Positions 8,803-17,455 of a DNA stretch of 64,000 nt are shown here, in pieces. Origin of the DNA: Vitreimonas sp. (lineage in GTDB: Bacteria > Patescibacteriota > Microgenomatia > UBA1400 > PJMF01); NCBI GenBank assembly GCA_035627515.1, contig DASPLQ010000012.1, positions 1,344,517-1,408,516 on the forward strand, in the 5' to 3' direction. Position numbers and translations under genes: made by a program. Positions within the stretch are counted from its first letter, which is position 1, and every line of letters begins with the position of its first letter. The notes beneath the pieces were generated by a model, which saw nothing but the letters and a program-made list of their open reading frames with translations, was not told the origin of the DNA and did no database searches.

Positions 8803-8853
8803 TGTCATTTAAAGTTTACATTTTTAATTTAATATGTAACATCTAGATGACAG
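8803..8853. promoter_or_regulatory. Palindromic intergenic element, copy 2, in the divergent promoter region between the alpha/beta hydrolase and GNAT genes
   Basis: TGTCATTTAAAGTTTACA-N14-TGTAACATCTAGATGACAG. Confidence 0.6.
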
Positions 8854-8881
8854 TTTTAGAAAAAGGCTATAATACTCCCAC

Positions 8882-9370
8882 ATGTTTGAAATTAAAGAAT
8901 TAACAGATTTAGACACTGCTTATCGCATCGGGCAGTTCTTAACAGGCCCCTATGCTTTCGAACATAACTGGGCACCGAATGAAAAAGCGGTGGTGGAGCA
9001 AGCACCTATTGATAGCTTAACCGGCACAAACCATCAGTATTAGTATATCGAACACGAGGGTGAGATTATTGCGGCGATTGGAGTCCGCGAAAATAAATAT
9101 GGTAGTGGCGGCTATGAAATGGACACTGATTACATGGCGGTTCATAAAGAGTATCGCCAGCAAGGCTTAGCTACCTTAATGCTGCAAAAGGTTGAAGACT
9201 ATGTCAAAGCGAAAGGTGGACGATATCTCCACATCCTCTCCTGCGACATCGATTATCACATTCCCGCTCGAGCCTTTTACGAAAAACATGGCTTCCAAAA
9301 AGTGGGGTATATGCCTAATTACTACGTGCCTGGAGAAGGTCGCATTGATTATTACAAGGAACTGTTATGA
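8882..9370 (+). pseudogene. GNAT-family N-acetyltransferase interrupted by an in-frame TAG at 9041-9043
   Basis: ATG at 8882 has TATAAT 7 nt upstream. The reading frame is continuous with ORF 9119-9370 except for a single TAG (..LTGTNHQY*YIEHEGEIIAAIGV..). The downstream part carries the GNAT motif-A region (QQGLATLMLQKVEDYVKAKG). Confidence 0.6.
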
Positions 9371-9438
9371 AAACACTGTTATTACTTTTTTTGGTTATCA
9401 TTCCGGCTATTAAAGTGTGGTGGAATAAGAAGTCTTAA

Positions 9439-9783
9439 TTACCTTACCATCGTACCCGGTTTCACCTCAGCTCCAACTTCAACTAAAGTGGGAACGTTCG
9501 CTTCATCTACTGCCATCAACATCATGCCTTGGCTGACACCTTGGCCCATTTTACGCTCAGCTAAATTAGCAATAAAAATGAATGACTTACCGATGAGATC
9601 CTCAGGTGTATAAAATTGTTTAATACCAGACATTATAGTTTTTTGACCAATTTCCTCACCAAAATCGACCTGATACTCAATCAGCTTCTCACTCCACTCT
9701 GGTACCTGTGCAGCGATGATTTTACCAACTCGTAAATCTAGTTTTTCAAAATCGGGGTAGTGGATGATATCTTTCATAGGCAA
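9439..9783 (-). CDS. tRNA-binding protein (CsaA/Trbp111-like OB-fold domain)
   Basis: DLRVGKIIAAQVPE...KLIEYQVDFGEE...GIKQFYTPEDLIGK is typical of the Myf/EMAP tRNA-binding domain. Confidence 0.7.
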   Translation of the reverse strand: MPMKDIIHYPDFEKLDLRVGKIIAAQVPEWSEKLIEYQVDFGEEIGQKTIMSGIKQFYTPEDLIGKSFIFIANLAERKMGQGVSQGMMLMAVDEANVPTLVEVGAEVKPGTMVR

Positions 9784-9827
9784 AAATTATACCAGATGTT
9801 TGAGCTTTGCGAGGTTATAATGGCTGC

Positions 9828-10412
9828 ATGACTCAACACGCTAAATGGAAAATAATTAATCAGCAGGACGTCTCGCCGAGCCCTTGGTTTCCAATTGTAA
9901 AAGATGAAGTGGAGTTGCCGAATGGGAAACGAGTTGAGTATTTTCGGTCACAGTTAGCGAATGTAGCGATGGTAATAGCTATTACCAAACAAAAAGAAGT
10001 GGTATTTGTTCGCCAATACAAACATGGGATAGGAGAGGTTTGTATTGAACTGCCAGCTGGACGGATTGAGGTTGGCCAAACTCCCCGCGCAGCTGCTCTT
10101 CACGAGTTACAGCAAGAAACAGGGGTTAGTATCGCTGAAACTCAATTAATTGAAGTAGTTGAATTGTGGACAGAACCCAGTAAAAGTCAGGTCAGAGTGT
10201 ATGGGTTTTTGGTGACAGAAGTTGAAATTACCGACGCACAAAATTTAGAAGAAACCGAAGACATTGAAGTCATAAAAGTGCCTTTGCACGAGCTTTCCAA
10301 CTTCCTACTCACTGAAGTACACGCCTCCGACACTATGGCATTATTACTTCTTGCCCAGCAAAAGTGGCCAGAGCTATTTGATGACCTAAAAGCCAAACAC
10401 TTAATCAAATAA
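9828..10412 (+). CDS. NUDIX hydrolase (ADP-ribose pyrophosphatase-like)
   Basis: Nudix box GX5EX7REUXEEXGU (PAGRIEVGQTPRAAALHELQQETGV). Track start 9807 is a TTG; ATG at 9828 has TATAAT 7 nt upstream. Confidence 0.75.
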   Translation: MTQHAKWKIINQQDVSPSPWFPIVKDEVELPNGKRVEYFRSQLANVAMVIAITKQKEVVFVRQYKHGIGEVCIELPAGRIEVGQTPRAAALHELQQETGVSIAETQLIEVVELWTEPSKSQVRVYGFLVTEVEITDAQNLEETEDIEVIKVPLHELSNFLLTEVHASDTMALLLLAQQKWPELFDDLKAKHLIK

Positions 10413-12137
10413 CTCTTTATACGTCCCTTTTTTGATTAAGCGACCTTTTTCAAAGTGGTAAATATAATCGGTGTTCTTGAGTGTTGAGGTGCGGTGAGCA
10501 ATGGCGATAATCGTCACCCCTTTGAGTTCTTTTTCGATGGCCGCATGAATTTTTTCTTCAGTGGCTGTATCAAGATGCGATGTGGCTTCATCTAAGATCA
10601 AGATTTGGCTTTGTTTACAGATAGCCCGAGCCAAAGCAATTCGCTGGCGCTCACCTCCAGAAACTCGATACCCACGCTCACCAATTAACGTCTCTAAACC
10701 CTCAGGAAGCTTGCTAATTAATTTAGCTAGTTGGGCAATTTTAATGGCTTTGAGCAAAATTTCCTCAGGGATGTTTTTCATCGAGGTGATATTTTCCCGG
10801 AGACTAAAATTAAACATCTCTGATTCTTGCGGCACTACGGTCACGTGGGTAGTGAGTTCATCGTGAGAAATGTCACTAAGATTGCGCTTACCAATCAAAA
10901 TGTGACCTCGGGTAGGAGTATATAAACCTAAAAGTAACTTAGCCAATGTCGATTTGCCGCTTCCAGAACTTCCTACAATACCCACCTGATCACCGCGCTT
11001 AATTATGAGATTAATATCGCTTAAGGTAGCTTCGTGTTGGTACTTAAAATCCAAGTTTTTAAGCTCGATGCTTTGCCACTCAGCTGGGAAAGCTAGGGTA
11101 CCTTGGCGAGCGTCAAGGTCAGTCCAAAACAGTGGCATCATTCTACTCACCATCAATCTCATTCTGACTAAGCGCTCAAAGTATCCTGTCATGTCATTTA
11201 TGGCTTTACGAATATCATTAAAGTAACTGTAAAAAATAAACACCGAACCTAAGGACACTCTGCCAGCTAAAACATCACTCCCAAGCATATACAAAAAAAT
11301 GGTCGATACTACGGCAGTATCAACTTGAAAAAACTTCCACTTATAAATATTGAGTGCGGAGATCTCTTGGTTGTAAGCTCTTAACAGAGCTTCAGCTGAG
11401 GCGACTTTCCCCTGCAGTGATTTGCCCATTCCTAAGCTTTTAATTGATAAAATGTTTGACAACCCTTCATAGTATTTCCCTGAAGCATTCTCGCGAGCCA
11501 TATTGAATTCTTCATATTTATTATTAATGCGGTTATAAAAGAATTTCTCAATCAGAAAAAAGACCATCGCATAGACTCCGATCAATACAAAATACTTAAG
11601 ATCAAAAATAAAAAAGACTACCGTCACTCCGATCAGCGTGGATAGCAAATCGTAGAGTTTCTCTTGTAATAAAGCTAAAAAATCGCTCACCCCATTCGCC
11701 CCAGCCTCAATCCGCTGCACTTTATTCCCGGTATTTTCTTTCTCGTGCCAAGTCAAAGAAAAATCCAGCAATTTTTGAAACCCAGAAACTTTAATGCGGT
11801 ACACAATATCCAGTGTCAAGATTTCCATCTGATTTTTGGCTGATAAGCGAATGATGCTGATCACCCCCCAACTGACGCCAAATAAGCCCACCCATAAGTA
11901 AAAAGGTTGTAGAGACATGCCCGGACGATAAACAGTCAAAAAATCAACCATTCGTCCCAAAATAAATGGCGGCAACAAGGGATAGAAAAAAACACAGAAC
12001 AATACTATGTTCCAAAAAATGAATCGGTTTCTGATTGGTTGGGCAAAAAACCAAATCGAGCGTAAAAGATGCCACCAGGAAAAAGTACTTTTTTCTCCAG
12101 CCGTTTCTGCTAACTTCTCAAATTTCTGTCGCTTCAT
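10401..12137 (-). CDS. ABC transporter, fused permease/ATP-binding protein (exporter type)
   Basis: Six N-terminal TM helices. Walker A GSSGSGKST, signature LSGGERQRIALARA, Walker B ILILDEAT. Start set at MKRQKF... (rc ATG 12135-12137) with TATAAT 8 nt upstream. Confidence 0.8.
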   Translation of the reverse strand: MKRQKFEKLAETAGEKSTFSWWHLLRSIWFFAQPIRNRFIFWNIVLFCVFFYPLLPPFILGRMVDFLTVYRPGMSLQPFYLWVGLFGVSWGVISIIRLSAKNQMEILTLDIVYRIKVSGFQKLLDFSLTWHEKENTGNKVQRIEAGANGVSDFLALLQEKLYDLLSTLIGVTVVFFIFDLKYFVLIGVYAMVFFLIEKFFYNRINNKYEEFNMARENASGKYYEGLSNILSIKSLGMGKSLQGKVASAEALLRAYNQEISALNIYKWKFFQVDTAVVSTIFLYMLGSDVLAGRVSLGSVFIFYSYFNDIRKAINDMTGYFERLVRMRLMVSRMMPLFWTDLDARQGTLAFPAEWQSIELKNLDFKYQHEATLSDINLIIKRGDQVGIVGSSGSGKSTLAKLLLGLYTPTRGHILIGKRNLSDISHDELTTHVTVVPQESEMFNFSLRENITSMKNIPEEILLKAIKIAQLAKLISKLPEGLETLIGERGYRVSGGERQRIALARAICKQSQILILDEATSHLDTATEEKIHAAIEKELKGVTIIAIAHRTSTLKNTDYIYHFEKGRLIKKGTYKELFD

Positions 12138-12195
12138 AGCAGTGATTATACAGGCCAATTAACATTCTTCAGTTCAAATGAAAAACCTTCGATAG

Positions 12196-12768
12196 CTACC
12201 TAAGTACTTCTTCTAGCAACTCAGGGAATTCATTAGTGTTCATTTGGAAAAATAAGAAGTGTTGTTTATTTTCCAATCTCACCACACGCGGTTTAAGGGC
12301 TTGATTGTATAAATCAAAAGCTTTCATCATGTGAGGTAAATCGTTAGAAATAAAAATCACTATCTCATTGGCTAAATGAGGAACCTCTCTGGGCAACTCA
12401 AAGTCATATAAATCTTTTCTGCTATCATCGTCAGTTTCCGGCACACGGGCTGGAGCTACTAAAATTAATTTATGGATTTTTCTACCGGTGTCTAATAACC
12501 ACCGCACAATAAAAGCCCCTCCACAGCTATGCCCAACCACCACCGTTTTTTCAGTCACAGGGTATTTCTCAAACTCTTTTTTCCACTCCACATATTTGGG
12601 GTTCCAGGAAACCGGCATATCTAACGCCGTAGCATCTAAACCCTTTTCTTGGAGCTTATCTGCTAACCAATTCATCCACCGTTTCTCTTTCGGCATTAAC
12701 ATCGCCTCACTAGGAGGACAACCGTGAAGAACATAGTATTTGTCGGGGATGGTTTTTGGGAAGTTCAT
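12196..12768 (-). CDS. Alpha/beta-fold serine hydrolase, YdeN/RBBP9-like
   Basis: VVVGHSCGG nucleophile motif. ~190 aa, matching the YdeN family size. Start trimmed to MNFPK with an AGGA 9 nt upstream. Confidence 0.6.
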   Translation of the reverse strand: MNFPKTIPDKYYVLHGCPPSEAMLMPKEKRWMNWLADKLQEKGLDATALDMPVSWNPKYVEWKKEFEKYPVTEKTVVVGHSCGGAFIVRWLLDTGRKIHKLILVAPARVPETDDDSRKDLYDFELPREVPHLANEIVIFISNDLPHMMKAFDLYNQALKPRVVRLENKQHFLFFQMNTNEFPELLEEVLR

Positions 12769-12778
12769 AATTGAAATC

Positions 12779-13258
12779 CTAGTCGTGATTAATAGTTCCA
12801 CCTATAGCTCTGTGAAAAAAAACCACTTTGCCTTGATAAAGTATTTCTTCATAGCCTGAAAAGTTAGTAATATCGCCTTCTTGTCGGTAGCGGTATTCCC
12901 AGTTACCGGCTTTGTAGTTTTGAGGACCTCTCAGAGATCGAAATGTATCATCGTCTTGAGACAAAGCAGTTTTGAGAAAACTAAATGTATCATGAGCCAG
13001 CTGCTCATTTCCTTCAGTCATGCCTCCACAGTATGAGTTGGTCCAAACAATTTTTCCTTGAAACCTAACCACTTCTTGCCCCGCTGATTTTGTATGGCCA
13101 GTATAACTATCAAGATAGTCCCAATCTCCCTGCTTAAAATCAAACTCAATAAAATCTCTGCGCTCACTCGTTTTTAATGGTGGTTTACCACTCGCATATG
13201 TTGATTTTCCAGCCAGGTCAACAAAATCAAATAACTGAGAGGTGAAGTTGGTGTTCAT
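12779..13258 (-). CDS. Hypothetical protein
   Basis: 159-aa ORF. No recognisable motif. Confidence 0.4.
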   Translation of the reverse strand: MNTNFTSQLFDFVDLAGKSTYASGKPPLKTSERRDFIEFDFKQGDWDYLDSYTGHTKSAGQEVVRFQGKIVWTNSYCGGMTEGNEQLAHDTFSFLKTALSQDDDTFRSLRGPQNYKAGNWEYRYRQEGDITNFSGYEEILYQGKVVFFHRAIGGTINHD

Positions 13259-13296
13259 AAAGTGAGTTTAACACAGATGAAGTGATTGGAGAGAAT

Positions 13297-13644
13297 TTAT
13301 TTGTTCTGAAACCGGATGAAGTAAAACTCGCTTACATCATCAGACTTGTTTTCTATTTCGTGCTCAGTATCTGCAGGAAAAATAAACCGATCTCCAGATT
13401 GATAAACTTCTTCTTTACCAAAGGCATCTCTTATTACTCCTTCACCTTTAATAACAACACAAATCTCAACAATGTTAGCGTGTTTGTGCATTGTCCATTT
13501 TTCTGAAGCAGGCAGATAGCCGTAGGTGAAGGCCTCAAAATAAATAGATAAGGTCTCATCTTTTGATACTAAAAGTTTTCGAGAACCGGTCGCGTGTGGA
13601 GTTTCTTCTATTGGAATGTCTTGAATGTTTTTTTTGGAGAACAT
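13297..13644 (-). CDS. Cupin-domain protein
   Basis: Cupin motifs (G.RFIFPADTEHEIEN; HKHANIVEICVVIKGEG). Confidence 0.6.
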   Translation of the reverse strand: MFSKKNIQDIPIEETPHATGSRKLLVSKDETLSIYFEAFTYGYLPASEKWTMHKHANIVEICVVIKGEGVIRDAFGKEEVYQSGDRFIFPADTEHEIENKSDDVSEFYFIRFQNK

Positions 13645-13707
13645 GAGCTCATTTTAACAGCACGTTACAGTTAAATGAAAGTCTGATTGCGATATATTTA
13701 TATCTTG

Positions 13708-13781
13708 TGAGTCGGGTGGGACTCGAACCCACGACATTCTGCTTAAGAGGCAGACGCTCTAACCGACTGAGCTACCGACCC
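13708..13781 (-). tRNA. tRNA-Lys(CTT)
   Basis: Reverse-complement reads gggtcggtagctcagtcggttagagcgtctgcctCTTaagcagaatgtcgtgggttcgagtcccacccgactca. Acceptor gggtcgg/ccgactc (one GU). Confidence 0.85.
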
Positions 13782-13805
13782 TCACATTCATAACTTTTTA
13801 TTAAC

Positions 13806-13870
13806 GAGCATTCTGCTTAAGAGTCCGTCAGCTGACGGATCTAACCGACTGACCCGCCAGCCGGCGGGCT
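13806..13870 (-). other. tRNA-Lys-derived pseudo-element: 5' half of the adjacent tRNA-Lys, with two arms replaced by perfect 6-bp/4-nt hairpins (tccgtc agct gacgga; cccgcc ggct ggcggg); lacks a T-arm
   Basis: Shares attctgcttaagag, tctaaccgactga and ctcacattc with the tRNA-Lys 24 bp away. Confidence 0.6.
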
Positions 13871-13948
13871 CACATTCCGTAAGACTGATTATTTTAGCAC
13901 AAACTTGAGTAGAAATTGGGAGAAATTAAGGTGTTACAATCATTAGAG

Positions 13949-14476
13949 ATGCAAGAGATTACTTTAGAGGTCAATCTAAAAACTATCCCCCCCGTGATTA
14001 AACGTCGTCGCCAAGTATTAATTGTCCTGAAAAATGCTGAAGGTAATTATATTTTGGGTCATAAAAATCATTACCCACCGGGGGTATCAAGATTTGTGGG
14101 TGGGGGAATGGAAGAAGGGGAAGAGCCATTGCATGCCGCAGTCCGCGAACTTCATGAAGAAACAGGCATTTTGGCCGATGAAAACCACTTACGGCCACTC
14201 AGAAAGGTGGTAGTAGTAGCTACCACTCCTGACCAGCTACAAACCCACTTTGAAGTGTATTTATTTGCCTACCAACTCAACGATGAAACGCTTAAAGCCA
14301 GCGATGATTTAGATAACGTCGTGGAGTTGACGCCGGATTTAACCACTAAATTAATCGATACCTTTGATAACTTAAACGCTGACATTCACCCAGCTCTTAA
14401 CTTTTCTTGGCAAGATTATGGCAAAGTATATGGCCACATTCATCAGCTGGGCTTTGAGTTGACGCAAAAAAATTAA
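13949..14476 (+). CDS. NUDIX hydrolase
   Basis: Nudix box GGGMEEGEEPLHAAVRELHEETGI. ATG at 13949 has TACAAT 8 nt upstream; the track start at 13916 is a TTG. Confidence 0.7.
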   Translation: MQEITLEVNLKTIPPVIKRRRQVLIVLKNAEGNYILGHKNHYPPGVSRFVGGGMEEGEEPLHAAVRELHEETGILADENHLRPLRKVVVVATTPDQLQTHFEVYLFAYQLNDETLKASDDLDNVVELTPDLTTKLIDTFDNLNADIHPALNFSWQDYGKVYGHIHQLGFELTQKN

Positions 14477-14549
14477 CTTTTTATTAATTTTCCAGATGTG
14501 CACTCAGCGCTCATTGCTGTAGAGCTTTGTTTCAGTCTACAATCAACTC

Positions 14550-15407
14550 ATGATCCAGCTGATCGACCAAAATCAGTTTAGTGCTGAGTTCGCTCTCCAC
14601 AAGAAATATGCTCAATCAGAGCTGTTATTGGATTTGGTGTGGACACACTCGCACATCATCATGAGTGTCTCGCTTAATTTGTATGACTCAGGCCGCTTTG
14701 ATGTCACTCAAATGCCCCGCGAATTAGTCTCTAAAGCGGCTTTACTACATGATATCGGTGTCTATGGATGCTCAGGTTTTGAGTGGTTACCAGGCCAACC
14801 TCTCTCAGATAAACCGTATGCGCAACATACCCTAATCGGCGCTGAGATTCTTCAGCGAGAAGGTTTCTCGCAAGAAATTATTGATGTGGCCAAAATTCAC
14901 ACCGGAGTCGGGCTCAGCTCCGAAGACATCACTACCTATGGCATGGAGTTGCCAGCCGGTGAGTACATGCCATCGACGCCGCTCCAGTGGTTGATTACCT
15001 ATGCATCTAAATTTCATAGCAAAGCACCGCGCTTCAAAACCGCTACCGATATTGAAGTCGCCCTCTCTAAATACGGCACTGATAAAGTGGAGCGCTTCAA
15101 GCAATTGCAAGCTACTTTTGGTTTACCTAATTTAGAGGATATTAAGCCTCGCTATGAAGAGTGGCACAAAAACTTTAATTTCCGCATCACACAGTTAGCT
15201 AATGGCTCTGCCGGAAATGCTGCAGCATTACCTAATGTGCCCGTCGAGCTGAGTTCCGCTGGCATTAGTCTTTCTAAGCCTAAAGCGGTCACCGTCCAAA
15301 TTACACCTCTAGAAATTGAAACTCCGACCGCTACCGCTACGACCGCCAACTCGGCGCCCATGACCTTAGCTACGAACCAGACCGGGCCCGTTGCACGGCT
15401 TTCTTAA
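14550..15407 (+). CDS. HD-domain hydrolase with low-complexity Ala/Thr/Pro-rich C-terminal tail
   Basis: LLHDIGV motif. TACAAT 7 nt upstream of the ATG. Confidence 0.6.
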   Translation: MIQLIDQNQFSAEFALHKKYAQSELLLDLVWTHSHIIMSVSLNLYDSGRFDVTQMPRELVSKAALLHDIGVYGCSGFEWLPGQPLSDKPYAQHTLIGAEILQREGFSQEIIDVAKIHTGVGLSSEDITTYGMELPAGEYMPSTPLQWLITYASKFHSKAPRFKTATDIEVALSKYGTDKVERFKQLQATFGLPNLEDIKPRYEEWHKNFNFRITQLANGSAGNAAALPNVPVELSSAGISLSKPKAVTVQITPLEIETPTATATTANSAPMTLATNQTGPVARLS

Positions 15408-16368
15408 ACGCTAAATACTGGACTGTCGGTTGATTATTGCGGTCTAAAAAGGTGAAGTTACTAAACGGACCAGGATCGCCACGCAATAAGAATGGTGTCA
15501 CCGCGATCACTTGCGGATGTGACCAGACATGTTGCAAAGCATACAAGTAATACTCTTCTAGCCAACGTGAGGTTTGGCGATTAGCTATCCACCCCGTTTC
15601 TGTAATCATAACTTGTAAATCACGCCCTGTCTTATCTTTGATAAATTTTAATTCGTGTTCAAAACCACGCAACGAGTTCTGAGCAGTTCGTTCCGGTGAC
15701 GAGCTAAAGCCAGGATTAGGGTAAGAATGTGAGTTCCACACATCTATCTTATGAAAAATATCTGGGTTATAGGCGTGCATGCGATTTAAGTAGGTAAAGG
15801 CTTCCATGGTTTCTGTCCCATTCGGAGCTGCTAAGTCCATAGCAGCAGGCAAGACCACAAAGTTTTTACCTTCTGCATGAGCCCAATCGGCAGCAAAACT
15901 TAAAATGTCGGCATACTCTTCAGGGTTGATGGTACCACCCCATTCCTTAGCGTGATTAACTTCATTGAACATTACGACGTGACGTTGATCAGTGGGCCAG
16001 TCTTGTTTCTTCAAAAACGTCATCAACAACACAATTTCTTTGCGATTGGGCACTTTCCAAGCTCCATTTTCAAATCGGGAGGTCAGCCGGACGATGGGAA
16101 TAATCTTTTTTTCTTTGGCTGCATTTAAAAAGCCTTGCCATTCATCTTTTTTATCCAAATCATTCAAACTTAAAGGAATTGTCACATACTGCCACTCATC
16201 TGGCTTGGCCTCATCAGTGATTAATTTTTTGGCATCATCAATTTCATAAGGGTGGAGAATATGGACACCTAACACATCGCCCGAAGCAGCGGATACTAGA
16301 GTAGGGAAACTCAAAAAGCTCGTTATAACGAGCAAACCTAAAATGAGTGATTTAAAGCCCCATTTCAT
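15370..16368 (-). CDS. Secreted glycoside hydrolase, GH5-like (cellulase/mannanase superfamily)
   Basis: Signal peptide (LLVITSFLSFPTLVSAAS). NE-type acid/base motif (MFNEVNH). Nucleophile motif ITETGW, as in GH5 clan A. Confidence 0.6.
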   Translation of the reverse strand: MKWGFKSLILGLLVITSFLSFPTLVSAASGDVLGVHILHPYEIDDAKKLITDEAKPDEWQYVTIPLSLNDLDKKDEWQGFLNAAKEKKIIPIVRLTSRFENGAWKVPNRKEIVLLMTFLKKQDWPTDQRHVVMFNEVNHAKEWGGTINPEEYADILSFAADWAHAEGKNFVVLPAAMDLAAPNGTETMEAFTYLNRMHAYNPDIFHKIDVWNSHSYPNPGFSSSPERTAQNSLRGFEHELKFIKDKTGRDLQVMITETGWIANRQTSRWLEEYYLYALQHVWSHPQVIAVTPFLLRGDPGPFSNFTFLDRNNQPTVQYLAFKKAVQRARSGS

Positions 16369-16417
16369 AATTATAGGATATCATTTTTTAAGGCATTTGT
16401 CGAGGTTTGGATACAGA

Positions 16418-17158
16418 ATGAAGAGTTTGGTATACTTAACAGAAATGAAACGTTTATTTCTGGCTTACGCCTGGATGTTACTGACTGCAGGCGCGATGTT
16501 AACCTTAATTGCGGCTGTCCAGGTGTACGGTTTTCATACCCAAGTTACTACCCAAGCCAAGATACTTCATCCTGTCTTAACCGCTAGTGCTCAAGAACTG
16601 GACTCTACAGACGAAATAGGGGAGGTGAAAGGGATGGCAATTGTGGCTGAAGTGGATGATGCTCGACCTCAAATTGTGGCTAATTTCCTCAAGCGCTATA
16701 AATCACCACTTGAACCCCACGATTACTTTGGTCAATTTTTAGTTGATACAGCAGATAAAAATGGTCTTGATTTTCGCCTGCTTCCGGCGATTGCCATGCA
16801 AGAAAGTAACTTGTGTAAAAAAATCCCTGAAGGTAGCTATAACTGTCTTGGCTTCGGCATTCACTCTAGAGGTACCTTAGCATTCGAGAGTTATGAAGCA
16901 AACTTTGAGCGCGCCGCTCGCGAGCTGAAAAAGAACTATATTGATATTGGTTTAACCACTCCAGATCTGATCATGAAAAAATACACTCCCGGCAGTAATG
17001 GCAGCTGGTCTAACTCCGTGAAACAATGGATGGCAGAAATGCGCTATGATGACCGCAAATTAGGCAAAGCCCTGAAAACAGACACCAGTGTCCTCGAGTT
17101 CGCCGAAAGTTCTGAAAGTACTTCCTCTGCTTCACCAGCTCCCTCTTCCACACCTTAG
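16418..17158 (+). CDS. Membrane-anchored lytic transglycosylase-like (SLT-domain) protein
   Basis: N-terminal TM. LLPAIAMQESNL resembles the SLT catalytic E-S motif. Start trimmed to avoid overlap with the divergent gene. Confidence 0.5.
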   Translation: MKSLVYLTEMKRLFLAYAWMLLTAGAMLTLIAAVQVYGFHTQVTTQAKILHPVLTASAQELDSTDEIGEVKGMAIVAEVDDARPQIVANFLKRYKSPLEPHDYFGQFLVDTADKNGLDFRLLPAIAMQESNLCKKIPEGSYNCLGFGIHSRGTLAFESYEANFERAARELKKNYIDIGLTTPDLIMKKYTPGSNGSWSNSVKQWMAEMRYDDRKLGKALKTDTSVLEFAESSESTSSASPAPSSTP

Positions 17159-17221
17159 CCTGGTAATTCAGCTAGCTAAAGCTTAACTTCAAGCAATTGA
17201 ACTGATGTATTTTGATAACTA

Positions 17222-17250
17222 TTGACAGACTTATAATATTTTGATATAGT
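17222..17250 (+). promoter_or_regulatory. Near-consensus sigma70 promoter (TTGACA-N17-TATAGT) driving the candidate sRNA
   Basis: TTGACA at 17222-17227; TATAGT at 17245-17250. Confidence 0.6.
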
Positions 17251-17257
17251 TTGATTA

Positions 17258-17366
17258 CCTCAGAAGGTCTCCCTCACCGGGTTGAAAGCCTTACTTCGGT
17301 AAGGTGTGAACGGCAGTACGTTCTGAGTAAAATAGCCCTCCGAGCTCAGCTCGGGGGGCTTTTTGT
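17258..17366 (+). ncRNA. Candidate small structured RNA (~110 nt), unknown family
   Basis: Predicted transcription start ~7 nt after the -10 box. Closing stem ctcagaa/ttctgag encloses a UUCG-capped hairpin ccttacttcggtaagg. Ends in an intrinsic terminator gccctccgagctcagctcggggggc + ttttt (17334-17366). No ORF with RBS. Confidence 0.5.
17334..17366. terminator. Bidirectional intrinsic terminator shared by the sRNA (+) and tRNA-Leu(TAG) (-)
   Basis: GC-rich palindrome with a T-run on the plus strand and a weaker A/T run on the minus strand. Confidence 0.6.
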
Positions 17367-17455
17367 TGGTGCCGAGAACAGGAATCGAACCTGCACGCCT
17401 TTTGAAGGGCACTGGATTCTAAGTCCAGCCTGTCTACCAATTTCAGCATCTCGGC
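17367..17455 (-). tRNA. tRNA-Leu(TAG), CCA encoded
   Basis: Reverse-complement reads gccgagatgctgaaattggtagacaggctggactTAGaatccag...ggttcgattcctgttctcggcacca. Long variable arm. Confidence 0.85.

Noticed and set aside
8882-9370. Genome-wide stop-codon (TAG) reassignment
   Set aside because: Only one in-frame TAG was seen among the confidently called genes, and most genes end cleanly at TAA/TAG/TGA. A local lesion is more likely.
17258-17366. Calling the sRNA candidate an SRP (4.5S) RNA
   Set aside because: The size fits, but the conserved domain-IV GGAA tetraloop and AGCAGCC motifs are not visible. Left as unknown family pending a covariance-model scan.
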